DNA from: Veillonella dispar
GTDB lineage: Bacteria > Bacillota > Negativicutes > Veillonellales > Veillonellaceae
Direction: 5' to 3'
Length of the DNA stretch: 56,572 nucleotides
Assembly: GCF_937975875.1 (NCBI RefSeq)
Contig: NZ_CALJSP010000014.1
Span: forward strand, 1-56,572
Shown: piece by piece, positions 1 through 9,599 of the stretch
How the letters are laid out: each line of letters begins with the position of its first letter
How positions within the stretch are numbered: the first letter of the stretch is position 1
Position numbers and translations under genes: made by a program
Notes under the pieces: generated by a model
The model's database searches: none
Told to the model about the DNA's origin: nothing
Seen by the model: the letters and a program-made list of their open reading frames with translations, nothing else

Positions 1-282
1 AGGAAAGTGTTTTTTATTATTATATTTATATTGAGATAAAATAATAAAATAGTTATTATATCTATACTCGAATAAATAATAAATTAGTTATTATTTCTAT
101 ATTAGTCTTAATTATATATTTTATACAATTTAATAATACTATATTTATATGTAAACGGCTAGCCTATATGCTTAAAATAAAAGAATTATTTATATATTTC
201 TTAGTTTTAGATGATTTTTAGATATATTGAAAGCTATGTATTTGTAGAAATAGATGATTTATTAATATTGATTAAGGAATAC

Positions 283-318
283 AAAAAAGTGAGTCCTCCA
301 CTGGAGAACTCACTCTTT
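283..318 (-). terminator. Rho-independent terminator of the CorC/HlyC gene
   Basis: Minus strand reads AGTGAGTTCTCCA-G-TGGAGGACTCACT followed by a T-run, about 40 nt after the stop at 359. Confidence 0.8.
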
Positions 319-358
319 ATAAATTTACAATGCTCATAAGTATATGATCTAGTAGGTA

Positions 359-1723
359 TTATTCTTTTTCTTCTGTTTCTTGTACTACAATAGGTTCTTC
401 ATAGGTAACAAGAATTTTATCGATACGGGTATTATCCATATCTACAACTTCAAAGGTATAGCCATTCCATTTTGCTTTGTCCAATTCTTTTGGAATGCGA
501 CCGAAAAGAACATTTAAGAGACCGCCCATTGTTTTGTACAAGTCTTTTTCTTCGCCTGGTAATTCTTCATCGATGTGGAAGAATTCTTTGAATTCATCTA
601 CGTCGAGAAGGCCATCTACAAGCCAGGAACCATCTTCGCGTTCAACGATTTTATTTTCTTCTTCCTTGATTTCTTCTTCACCGGAAGGCATGAGACCTAC
701 GATTTCTTCCATGATGTCATGTAAGGTTACAAGACCGCTGAAACCGCCGTACTCGTCGAGAACGATAGTTTCATGAACGCCTTCTGTACGGAGTACGTTC
801 AACAATTTCATGAGGGTAATGGATTCTGGAATGAGTAACGGTTCTTTCAAGCAAGATTCAATAATATCATGAATGGAACGTTCGCTAGGACGTTGCATGA
901 TTTGTACCAATACGTCAGATACGGTAATGAGACCTTTTAATTCGTCCAAGGAATCAGTACCTACAGGGATGCGATAATGGTTGGCATTTTTGAGGACTTC
1001 CATAATTTCGTCCTCTGTACCGTTAAGGTCGATCCATTTGAGCTGCGTACGAGGTGTCATGATGTCACCAGCGTTCATATCTGCCAAGTGGAAGATATTT
1101 TCTACGAGGATAGGTTCCTCTTCTTCGTAAGCACCCATGGCAACGCCTTCGGTAAGCATTTTGTTGATTTCAGATTCTGTAACAGGCGCCTCTTCTTTCA
1201 CAGTAACGCCTAGTAATTTTAAAAGAAATTCTGTAGAAACACCGAGGAAGCTAACAATAGGTTTCAATGCTACAGATAACCAGTAAATCGGTTTAGATAC
1301 AACAACGGCAATGCTTTCAGGACTATTTAATGCTAAACGTTTTGGTACAAGTTCGCCAATAACGAGGGATAAATAGGTGATGATAGCAACGATGAGGAAG
1401 GAGCTAATGGATGCTGCATAGGGCTCAATACTTGGAATATTAGCTACTAAAATCTCTTCTAATGGACCAGAGAAGGTCGCACCAGAATATAAACCAGTTA
1501 AAATACCAACGAGGGTAATACCAATTTGAATAGTAGAAAACATATTATTTGGATTCTCTGCTAATTCAAAGGCTTTTTTTGCACGCTCATTGCCTGCCTC
1601 TGCCATTTCTTCGAGTTTACGTTTTTTAGCATTGACGATGGCCAATTCCGTCATAGAGAATAAGCCGTTTGCTATGATTAATACGATGATAATTATAAAA
1701 TCTAAGGTCAGATCACTGTCCAT
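359..1723 (-). CDS. Hemolysin-family/CNNM protein (DUF21 + 2 CBS + CorC/HlyC), probable Mg2+/Co2+ transport-associated
   Basis: N-terminal TM segments with FSMTELA and GELVPK; CBS pair (RIPV, VLDEYGG); C-terminal CorC-type domain. Start moved to ATG 1723 because of the AAGGAG RBS at 1735-1740. Confidence 0.88.
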   Translation of the reverse strand: MDSDLTLDFIIIIVLIIANGLFSMTELAIVNAKKRKLEEMAEAGNERAKKAFELAENPNNMFSTIQIGITLVGILTGLYSGATFSGPLEEILVANIPSIEPYAASISSFLIVAIITYLSLVIGELVPKRLALNSPESIAVVVSKPIYWLSVALKPIVSFLGVSTEFLLKLLGVTVKEEAPVTESEINKMLTEGVAMGAYEEEEPILVENIFHLADMNAGDIMTPRTQLKWIDLNGTEDEIMEVLKNANHYRIPVGTDSLDELKGLITVSDVLVQIMQRPSERSIHDIIESCLKEPLLIPESITLMKLLNVLRTEGVHETIVLDEYGGFSGLVTLHDIMEEIVGLMPSGEEEIKEEENKIVEREDGSWLVDGLLDVDEFKEFFHIDEELPGEEKDLYKTMGGLLNVLFGRIPKELDKAKWNGYTFEVVDMDNTRIDKILVTYEEPIVVQETEEKE

Positions 1724-1822
1724 GTAAGTAGACACTCCTTTTTTATGACATATCATTCTGCACATGAGAATATTAAAATATTACTCTTTAGTATACCATA
1801 TTAGCATCAATAAATGTTTGAC

Positions 1823-1856
1823 ACAATAAAAGCACCCAAAAGGGTGCTTTTATTGT
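1823..1856. repeat. 15-bp perfect inverted repeat, terminator-like in both directions
   Basis: ACAATAAAAGCACCC-AAAA-GGGTGCTTTTATTGT. Confidence 0.8.
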
Positions 1857-1906
1857 ATACTATAGGTGTTACTGCCCCAGACTGGTAACAGAAAGGGGGT
1901 GAAAAC

Positions 1907-2002
1907 GTGTTTGACACTTTGATTTCCTTAATAGTATCCATCGTAGCAGGTGTAACCTGTCACTACATCTGCAAGTGGCTAGATAGATACTTTCGTCAGT
2001 AA
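1907..2002 (+). CDS. Type I toxin, Fst/Ldr-like, 31 aa (MFDTLISLIVSIVAGVTCHYICKWLDRYFRQ)
   Basis: GAAAGGGGG RBS and GTG start; one hydrophobic helix with Gly, then KWLD and a charged tail; not in the ORF track. Confidence 0.85.
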   Translation: MFDTLISLIVSIVAGVTCHYICKWLDRYFRQ

Positions 2003-2007
2003 CTAGC

Positions 2008-2042
2008 ACAAAAAAAGGAGGGCCGCCACCCTCCTTTTTTGT
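2008..2042. terminator. Bidirectional terminator shared by toxin mRNA and antitoxin RNA
   Basis: ACAAAAAAAGGAGGG-CCGCCA-CCCTCCTTTTTTGT. Confidence 0.85.
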
Positions 2043-2081
2043 TTGCGTGAAAACGTGTCTCACATTGACTTCCTTTGTCAT
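2008..2081 (-). ncRNA. Antitoxin RNA (par RNAII-like) for the Fst-like toxin
   Basis: Minus-strand promoter TTTACA(2115-2110)-17 bp-TATCAT(2092-2087). It spans a direct-repeat copy GTGAAAACGTGT (2047-2058) of the toxin translation-start region (1899-1910) and ends at the shared terminator. Confidence 0.7.
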
Positions 2082-2206
2082 ATATTATGATACATGATTA
2101 CCTTTAATTTGTAAATATTGCTCTAATAAGGGTATAGTATATATAAATATCAATTTAGTATTAAAAATAGGTCATACAATTGGGAATTCATGATGGGATT
2201 AGATAT

Positions 2207-2806
2207 ATGACAAGTGAACAGGAATGGGAACAGGTTTTACAAATAAAAACAGCAGGCCGCGATGATAGTCGGTCTGATACAGAGCATCATCCTTACGAGC
2301 CGACAGATTATTGCGTCCTAGAGCGGTTAGCGAATAGCGGTCATATTCGCAAGAAACATACCCTCATCGATTATGGCAGTGGTAAGGGCCGTGTTAGCAT
2401 TTTTATGGCTTACCAAACGGGCTGTTACTCTATCGGCATTGAATACGATGAACGACTCTATGAAAGGGCTCTTATCAATGGTGAAAGCCCAGCTGCTCGC
2501 AATCGTGTAAGCTTTGTGCATGGTGATGCGGCTCTTTATGAATTGCCAGACCAAGTAGATCGTTGTTTTTTCTTTAATCCCTTTGCGCTCCATACGATTA
2601 AGCGGGTCTTAGGAAATATCTTTGATTCCCTGTATCATCATCCGCGGGAGATTAAACTATTTTTCTACTACGTCAACGAAGAGGTAGAAAACTTCTTGAA
2701 TAACCATGTGCGATTAGAACAGGAAGAACTCATTGATTGTAGTGATCTCTTTGAAGAAAATGATAATAAGGAACGAATTTTAGTGTATTCCGTTAACTTG
2801 TTTTAG
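2207..2806 (+). CDS. Class I SAM-dependent methyltransferase (DOT1-like motif arrangement)
   Basis: IDYGSGKGR motif I, GIEYD, HGDA and FFFNPF. Start is either ATG 2207 or TTG 2180. Confidence 0.8.
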   Translation: MTSEQEWEQVLQIKTAGRDDSRSDTEHHPYEPTDYCVLERLANSGHIRKKHTLIDYGSGKGRVSIFMAYQTGCYSIGIEYDERLYERALINGESPAARNRVSFVHGDAALYELPDQVDRCFFFNPFALHTIKRVLGNIFDSLYHHPREIKLFFYYVNEEVENFLNNHVRLEQEELIDCSDLFEENDNKERILVYSVNLF

Positions 2807-2860
2807 TATATTCTGTCAGCTTATTTTAATGTATTCATTCTATTTATTTTAGTATGTAAG

Positions 2861-2945
2861 AAACCTCAATGTTGAAGGCTTGTTTTAGTGGTTCTAAATT
2901 TGTACGACTAGGACATTATTCAAATTGAGGTTTTATTCTATTTTT
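2861..2945 (+). terminator. Long imperfect hairpin with T-rich tail
   Basis: AAACCTCAATGTTGAA pairs with TTCAAATTGAGGTTT; inner TGTTTTAGT pairs with ACTAGGACA. Confidence 0.45.
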
Positions 2946-3106
2946 AAGGAACTTTCACCTAGATTATTAAGGAAAAAGCAGATAAATTCTGATATAATAA
3001 TATATTAGAGATTATAAAATCAAATTATTTTTTATGGTTCTATACATTGATTCGTATGCACTAAGTTAGTGGATAGGGCTGAGTGTATTGAAGACTGGAG
3101 GTACCC

Positions 3107-4375
3107 GTGGAAATCATCGATACAGCATTGATTGAACGTATTCGCAAGGCCTTAATTAAACGTTATGATCGAGATCAACAGATCCAACAAATGATAGAAG
3201 AAATCGGTGCCGAAGAGGGACTCAACGAGTCTGAATTAGCTATCGTTTACCAAGCTTATTTAGAGGTTAAGGAACGCGTTTATTACACATCCTCTCTCGT
3301 AGATTTATGGAATCAAATTGAAGAGGTTCAAAAACGGATGTCCATGTTACATACCTATGATTCTCTTGAAGAGGATTTATTTGGCAATGTGTTAGGCGAC
3401 GATCAAGATGATATCATCATTGCTGATAAATCGTATCTTGGTAAGGGTGCTAGTCATAATAACGACGTGTACGCTATGGAACAGGTCCAATTATCGGATA
3501 TTCCTGCGCAGCATGACTCTACAGTGGGCATGAACCATATTAAATTGAACGTATTGCATTCTATGGGCGGTCTTTTTACAGGATCTGGTGAAAGCTCCCA
3601 ACATGAGATATCGGACCTTGATGAAGACATTGTAGAGCATATGGATGTAAATCCACTAGACGGTGTGGAAAGCTTAGAAATTCATCACTTAGATGAAGAA
3701 AATCCGTTTGATACAGAAAATTCTGTGTTGCTTTCAGAATCTAAGAATACAGAAAAATCTCGTAATAGCAAGAATAATACTAATCAAACAGATAGTATTA
3801 CATCTAAAAATGATAAGGTATCTAATAAATCCTCAGATGATATGGATGAGGACGAAGAGTATTTGTCTTCCATTGATCCATATACAGCAGTAAATGCTTT
3901 ATTATTCGGTAAGTCTGGCTTAGATTCAGATAAAGCCAATAAGAAGATGGAAAAGCTTCTTAAAAAGCAATTGAAACGCGTAGATGATGAATGGGCGCGT
4001 ATCAATGGAACTGACGATACATCTAAAAAATCTAAGGATTATAAAAAATTCAAAGAAGATAAGAAATCTAAAGGTGACAAGAAACCCAAAGAGGATAAAA
4101 AGTCCAAAGATGATAAAAAGTCTAAAGAGGATAAAAAGTCTAAAGAGGATAAAAAGGACAAAAAACATAAAAAGTCTAAGAAAGACAAACATTCTAAATC
4201 CGAAGATAAGTTAAAGAAAAAGAAAGACAAGGCTGAAAAGAAGCTTAAGGTCTTAAATGACAAGTTAAAAACCGTCTTTTTAGGCGATACTTTCAGTAAA
4301 AAAGATAAGAATAAAGACAAGAAAAAGGATAAAAAATCCAAAAAGGATAAATCTGAAAAAAAGCAAAAACGATAG
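3107..4375 (+). CDS. Hypothetical protein with acidic middle and very Lys-rich C-terminus; possible -1-frame extension to 4521
   Basis: GGAGGT RBS and GTG start; 422-aa ORF; KKSKEDKK-type repeats. Confidence 0.75.
   Translation: MEIIDTALIERIRKALIKRYDRDQQIQQMIEEIGAEEGLNESELAIVYQAYLEVKERVYYTSSLVDLWNQIEEVQKRMSMLHTYDSLEEDLFGNVLGDDQDDIIIADKSYLGKGASHNNDVYAMEQVQLSDIPAQHDSTVGMNHIKLNVLHSMGGLFTGSGESSQHEISDLDEDIVEHMDVNPLDGVESLEIHHLDEENPFDTENSVLLSESKNTEKSRNSKNNTNQTDSITSKNDKVSNKSSDDMDEDEEYLSSIDPYTAVNALLFGKSGLDSDKANKKMEKLLKKQLKRVDDEWARINGTDDTSKKSKDYKKFKEDKKSKGDKKPKEDKKSKDDKKSKEDKKSKEDKKDKKHKKSKKDKHSKSEDKLKKKKDKAEKKLKVLNDKLKTVFLGDTFSKKDKNKDKKKDKKSKKDKSEKKQKR
4052..4159 (+). repeat. Six 18-bp coding tandem repeats (K-E/D/G-D-K-K-S/P/D)
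   Basis: Units similar to AAAGAGGATAAAAAGTCT. Confidence 0.85.
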
Positions 4376-4574
4376 TTTCTGTATGGAATAGTAAGGCCTC
4401 TGAACAGAGGTCCAAGGAGAGTACTAGTGCTAAAAAATCGGCAAGTGCTGGAACTATCGACCGCGGATGCGGTAAATGCAAGCGATGTAAGGGATCTAAA
4501 TGTAAGAAATATCCAACATAATTATAGTTAGGTAATATAGAGTAGTTACGTTATATGAAGAACAGTAGGGGTTA

Positions 4575-6554
4575 ATGATGAACCGATGGCAACGATTATT
4601 TGAAGGCATAAAGACAGAGATTAAGATGTTTATCTTTTTCTCTGCTTTGTTGACTGCATTTAGAATCGTGTTTCTTGCAGTATTTCAATCACAGCTAGCA
4701 TCTGTGACGATGGAGAATATCCTTACGTCCTTATGGCTAGGCTTTAGATTGAGTCTCAAGACAGTCGGTTCTTTATGTTTACTAGTCTTTTTAGGGGGCA
4801 CATTGGTACATACCTTTGTACCTAAATGGCCGTCCTTACGCATTAAACAGGTTGTGTATTCCATAGCAACTGTACTGTTGACCTTCCTATTTTTAGGCCG
4901 CATTCCGTTCTACAAAATATTCAATTCCTCTTATAATGCGATGCTCATTAATGGTAAAAATGATGATATCAGCGCCATTATCAATACAGCCATCAATGAA
5001 TATAATGCGTTGATGTATATCGTTGGGGCCGTAGTATTGAGCGCAGCCCTTTGTTATTTCCTCGTTAAATTCTTGTCGTGGGGTACAAAGAAATATAGTG
5101 ATTACGCTGATACTCAATTAGTTTGTCCTACTTGGTATCCAAAGACGAAGAAAACGCAGTGGATCACAGGTATTGGATTGACTGTAGCTATCGGTATACT
5201 AGGTCTATTCTTTAGATTTGGTGGTGCTTTTAACTATACGAATTCCATTAACTGGGAAAGTGCGGCACGCCTCAGTTCTAATTTGTTAAACGAGACCATC
5301 CTCGACGATGTGCAGGCTCTTTATCGTGTTAAAAGTATTGCAAAACGCGCGGATGAGTTAGAGGTTATCAACTTAACTCCTCAAGAATTGAGTGAGAAAA
5401 TCAGTGCCATTGGTGGAACATTTAATGGTAAGGATTTTGATGGTTCTTTCACAAGAACTATTACGACAGAGCGTTTAGCGGAGCAACCACAGTCTATCAA
5501 TATCGTTCTCGGTGAATCCTATGGTTTGTGGCCGTTCCTCTCTGAATACAACGAACCTGGTGCGTACCTCGTTGAACAAGGTCGTAAATACGCTGCCAGT
5601 CCTCAAGCGATGAGCACGCAGCTCGCTCTTGCCCAAGGTACAGGCACGATGCCTGCTATCAATGGTTTACTTACAGGTATGCCTGACACAGGTCTATATC
5701 CTAATTACGAAGGTGAAAGTTTTAAACAACCGTATGGCTTAGGCATTGGCTCTGTTATGAAAAAGCTAGGCTATAAAACTGTATTCTGGTACGGCGGATT
5801 TAGTACATGGCAAAACGTGAAGAACTTCACCTTGTCTCAAGGCTTTGACGAATTCCACGATGCGTCTGAAATGCCTAGCGAAGACAGCAATGCCTGGGGT
5901 GTAGGCGATAAAGACTTGTTTAAAGCGATTTCTGCGTATATGGATCAACATAGAGGGGAAAAAATCCTCAATGTCATCATGACCACCTCTAATCATCCGC
6001 CGTATAGCATCAATGTAGCTAAGGAAGGGTATGATGTGAATAAGGTAAAAGGCCATTTACCTGATACAATTGCAGAAACTGACAAGCAATTGAACGAAAT
6101 GGGTCATATTTGGTATGCAGACCATGTGATGGGCGAGTTTATCGCCAGTGAAGAAAAAGCAGATCCATCAGCGCTCTTCGTTATCACTGGGGACCATAGC
6201 GAACGATTTACCTTTGCTCGTGAAGTAGGTCCTAATGTGGCGTCTACGATTCCGATTATCTTCTATGGTCGCGGTATTCATAAAGACTGGCTTGCTCCTA
6301 ATGCGTTTGGCATGAGCATTCAAATTATTCCAACCTTGGCAGAACTAGCGGGTCGACCTGGTCAAACCTATGAAGCGATGGTGCCAAGCTTGTTTACACA
6401 AGAGGAATTTGTCTTTAACCATAGACTATATCTAGATAACAGTGGAAAAGTTATGGAACAAGGCACAAATATGCCTCAAGCCTATGGGGATGTGATTAAG
6501 AACATGCGCGAACTCGCGGCATGGCGTATTAAGCACGGGGATAGTATTCAATAA
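4575..6554 (+). CDS. LTA synthase/sulfatase-like phospho-transferase
   Basis: About 5 N-terminal TM helices; VLGES, GTGT (Thr nucleophile), TTSNHPPY, YAD and TGDH motifs. Confidence 0.85.
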   Translation: MMNRWQRLFEGIKTEIKMFIFFSALLTAFRIVFLAVFQSQLASVTMENILTSLWLGFRLSLKTVGSLCLLVFLGGTLVHTFVPKWPSLRIKQVVYSIATVLLTFLFLGRIPFYKIFNSSYNAMLINGKNDDISAIINTAINEYNALMYIVGAVVLSAALCYFLVKFLSWGTKKYSDYADTQLVCPTWYPKTKKTQWITGIGLTVAIGILGLFFRFGGAFNYTNSINWESAARLSSNLLNETILDDVQALYRVKSIAKRADELEVINLTPQELSEKISAIGGTFNGKDFDGSFTRTITTERLAEQPQSINIVLGESYGLWPFLSEYNEPGAYLVEQGRKYAASPQAMSTQLALAQGTGTMPAINGLLTGMPDTGLYPNYEGESFKQPYGLGIGSVMKKLGYKTVFWYGGFSTWQNVKNFTLSQGFDEFHDASEMPSEDSNAWGVGDKDLFKAISAYMDQHRGEKILNVIMTTSNHPPYSINVAKEGYDVNKVKGHLPDTIAETDKQLNEMGHIWYADHVMGEFIASEEKADPSALFVITGDHSERFTFAREVGPNVASTIPIIFYGRGIHKDWLAPNAFGMSIQIIPTLAELAGRPGQTYEAMVPSLFTQEEFVFNHRLYLDNSGKVMEQGTNMPQAYGDVIKNMRELAAWRIKHGDSIQ

Positions 6555-6565
6555 TTTTTGTATAT

Positions 6566-6608
6566 GATACATATGGTAGATATCATATTTGTATCTACCA
6601 TATGTATC
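6566..6608. repeat. 17-bp perfect intergenic inverted repeat
   Basis: GATACATATGGTAGATA ... TATCTACCATATGTATC. Confidence 0.8.
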
Positions 6609-6650
6609 TACATAGTAAATTAAAGGGATTTGTAAGTTAAAGGATGATCT

Positions 6651-7406
6651 ATGAGCACTGTGACGGCTATTATCTTAGCTCGCAACGAAGAAAAACATAT
6701 TGTAGATTGTATTAAAAGTATTCAATTTGCTGATGAAATATTAGTTATTGATGATGGAAGTACAGATCAAACGGTACCTCTTGCTACTAACTTGGGGGCT
6801 AAAGTTATACCACATCCTCTGAATGGAGATTGGTCACAACAACGGAGATTTGGTATATCTCAAGCAAATTCTGAATGGATTCTATTTATAGATTCGGATG
6901 AGCGTGTATCTCCTCAATTAGCAAAATCAATCCAAGAATCTATTAAAGGAGAGCCAAAGGCTTATTGGCTACGAAGATATAATTTATTCCATCACAATCC
7001 AGCTACTCATGGCGTAGTAAGACCTGATAAGGTTTTGAGATTAATGCCTCGTGAAGGGGCTACAGTGGAGGGGGCAGTCCATGAGACTTTTATTAGTCCT
7101 TATCCACAAGCTACATTAGAAGGTAAATTGTATCATTACACTTATGATAACTGGCATCAGTTCTTTGAAAAGTTCAATAAATACACTACAGCAGCGGCCA
7201 ACAAGTACAAGGAACAAGGGAAATCTTGTAGTTTTTTAGGGGATATTATATTGCGTCCAACATGGGCATTTTTTAAGATATATATTTTGCAAGGCGGCAT
7301 ATTAGATGGAAAAATAGGTTTTCTATTATCTATCTACCATATGATGTATACCATGACGAAATATGTAAAATTATATTATTTAAACAAATCTAATGGGCAA
7401 TTATAA
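6651..7406 (+). CDS. GT2 glycosyltransferase, WaaE/KdtX-like LPS core beta-1,4-glucosyltransferase
   Basis: ARNEE, DDGSTD, IDSDER, VHE, HYTY and LDGKIG motifs. Confidence 0.85.
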   Translation: MSTVTAIILARNEEKHIVDCIKSIQFADEILVIDDGSTDQTVPLATNLGAKVIPHPLNGDWSQQRRFGISQANSEWILFIDSDERVSPQLAKSIQESIKGEPKAYWLRRYNLFHHNPATHGVVRPDKVLRLMPREGATVEGAVHETFISPYPQATLEGKLYHYTYDNWHQFFEKFNKYTTAAANKYKEQGKSCSFLGDIILRPTWAFFKIYILQGGILDGKIGFLLSIYHMMYTMTKYVKLYYLNKSNGQL

Positions 7407-7472
7407 TCAGTAATTTAGTATAGTAGATTACTATGGAGAATTATTGTTCTTGACGTAGATATGGAAGTATAA

Positions 7473-9494
7473 ATGAGTGAACAATTTTTTCTATCCCTAC
7501 AACAAAATATAAAACTAATGCTTTGGGCTCCTATATTGAGCACCATCTTTCGAATCATATTCATGTTTGTGTATAATCCTTATCCCACATGGAAGGGACG
7601 CTGGAAATCTGTATTAGGTTCATTGCGTTACGGCTTCTGGTGGGGCATGGATTTTGATGCTTATGTATTCTTATTACCCTTAGTATTGGTGACGCTCCCT
7701 GCATTATTATTTGATGGGTATCACCAAATAGAAGATACTGTACGGTTAGTGGGATTAACTATTTATTCCTGCATACTTTATGCAGCTTTTGCAGGAAAAA
7801 TGATTTTTTATAAGCATTTCCATGATACGTATAACTATATGGTTCATTATGGAAATCATGCAGAGAAACGTAATTTGATTGATGTATTCTTTAATCAAGA
7901 TCGAGGAATTCTCGTCATTTTAGGCTTGATTCCTATTACGTTTATATCCTGGTACATGGGAGATTTCTTCTTATCCTTGCCATCTATACCTTATCCAACT
8001 ATTGAAGGAACTTGGCCTACTGTAGCTTGGAATATAGGTCTTGTGGCTGCCTCCGTTTTGGGATTTTATTGGTTCCGCTATGGTGGAACCTTATCTCATG
8101 ATGATAAACCAGAATGGGATACGATTCCTACAGTGGTAAAAGAGGATATATTCTTTGCTCGTGCTACAGTGCCAGATCTATGTGCCTTAGAAACGGTGCT
8201 AAAACATCCCCTTCGTGATGAATATACCGCATCTGCTGAGGACATTGATGACGCAATTCACCGTATTGTTCCTAAGGAATATAAAGATTCTTGGCAGGAT
8301 TTGAATACACCGCTTCATGCATTCAAGCGCGTTGCATCAGGTCCTCGTATTGATAAACCACAACATATATTCTTTATTGTTGGTGAAAGTATCCCACAAT
8401 GGTCTCTTGATAAACCTTATAAGGAACTTAATATATGTCCTGGTTTATGGGATTTTAAAGATAATCCACATACGGCACAAGTACCTAATTTCTTGCCTGC
8501 CGGTAATGTATCTCGTCCATCCATTGTGAGTCTGTTATCTGGTGTCTATGATGCGGGTATGGAAATCAATGAACGGGAAGCCTTCTGGCATGAACCATTG
8601 CCGACTTCTTTGGCATCTCAAATGAAGCGATTAGGTTATGATACGATTTACTGGTATGGTGGTAATGCATCGTATGGTAACTTTAATCACTTTGGTAAGG
8701 CTCAAGGATTTGACCGCGTAGAAAGTGCTTCCGTTTTTTGTGGTCCCTATGCACCTAAGACTTGGGTAGGCGTTTATGACCATGTATTTTTAGAACATAT
8801 TGAAGAGAAAATCAAATCTTTAGAACATCCTACATTCCATTTTATTTATACTACATCCAATCATGGTCCTTATAAAATGGAGGATTCCTTATTAGATTAT
8901 GATCCTGAACAGGTGATGCCAAACCTTGGAGATGATTTAAAATCCAACAAGAAACGCAATAAGGAATTGGCTACCTATCGCTATAGTGATAGGGCGATTT
9001 TTAACTTTGTTAATGCTATGAAAGAGGCATTTCCTGATAGTTTATTCGTTGTTACTGGTGACCACTCTAATCTATTTGGCTCTTTGAATAATACATCCTT
9101 AATTCAACGAGACTATACGTTGCGCGATACATTCTGTACGGTAGGACTATTGCAACATCCTGCTTTCACTAAGGACAGTATTACGGCATCCATTGGCACG
9201 CATATGAGCCTCATGCCTACGATCATTGAAGCCATTGCACCAAAGGGTTTTAAATATTATTCCATTGTGCCGTCCTTGTTTGATAAACAGCCCGATACGT
9301 TAGTTACGCCGTACCAGTGGATTACGCCGCATATGATGGGCGATGTTCGCATGGATTATGGTGAAAGCAACACACCGTCTTATAAACCGGTTGAGCCAAT
9401 TCGGCCTATTGATAATCACGGGGATGATGCTCGTGATTGGACATTGTTGACCATGTGGCTCATTAATCATGAAGACAGTATGAATAAGTCGTAG
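7473..9494 (+). CDS. Second LTA synthase/sulfatase-like phospho-transferase
   Basis: TM N-terminus; IVGES, GNVS (Ser at the nucleophile position), TTSNHGPY and TGDH; paralogous to 4575-6554. Confidence 0.85.
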   Translation: MSEQFFLSLQQNIKLMLWAPILSTIFRIIFMFVYNPYPTWKGRWKSVLGSLRYGFWWGMDFDAYVFLLPLVLVTLPALLFDGYHQIEDTVRLVGLTIYSCILYAAFAGKMIFYKHFHDTYNYMVHYGNHAEKRNLIDVFFNQDRGILVILGLIPITFISWYMGDFFLSLPSIPYPTIEGTWPTVAWNIGLVAASVLGFYWFRYGGTLSHDDKPEWDTIPTVVKEDIFFARATVPDLCALETVLKHPLRDEYTASAEDIDDAIHRIVPKEYKDSWQDLNTPLHAFKRVASGPRIDKPQHIFFIVGESIPQWSLDKPYKELNICPGLWDFKDNPHTAQVPNFLPAGNVSRPSIVSLLSGVYDAGMEINEREAFWHEPLPTSLASQMKRLGYDTIYWYGGNASYGNFNHFGKAQGFDRVESASVFCGPYAPKTWVGVYDHVFLEHIEEKIKSLEHPTFHFIYTTSNHGPYKMEDSLLDYDPEQVMPNLGDDLKSNKKRNKELATYRYSDRAIFNFVNAMKEAFPDSLFVVTGDHSNLFGSLNNTSLIQRDYTLRDTFCTVGLLQHPAFTKDSITASIGTHMSLMPTIIEAIAPKGFKYYSIVPSLFDKQPDTLVTPYQWITPHMMGDVRMDYGESNTPSYKPVEPIRPIDNHGDDARDWTLLTMWLINHEDSMNKS

Positions 9495-9511
9495 TATAAT
9501 TAAACAATAAT

Positions 9512-9557
9512 ATCTATTGATGTATATGTAACCAGTATTTCGTATACATCAATAGAT
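9512..9557. repeat. 15-bp intergenic inverted repeat
   Basis: ATCTATTGATGTATA ... TATACATCAATAGAT. Confidence 0.75.
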
Positions 9558-9599
9558 GCTACTAAATGTGTATTGATATGTGTATGATAGGAGGAACCT

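Noticed and set aside
1..280. Very AT-rich stretch as a replication origin or repeat
   Set aside because: No DnaA boxes or iterons were recognised; it is probably the upstream region of a gene outside the window
359..1723. True hemolysin toxin
   Set aside because: The DUF21-CBS-CorC architecture points to divalent-cation homeostasis; the family name is historical
1869..2081. 70-aa minus-strand ORF
   Set aside because: It runs through a terminator and is antisense to the better-supported toxin; the region is explained by the antitoxin RNA
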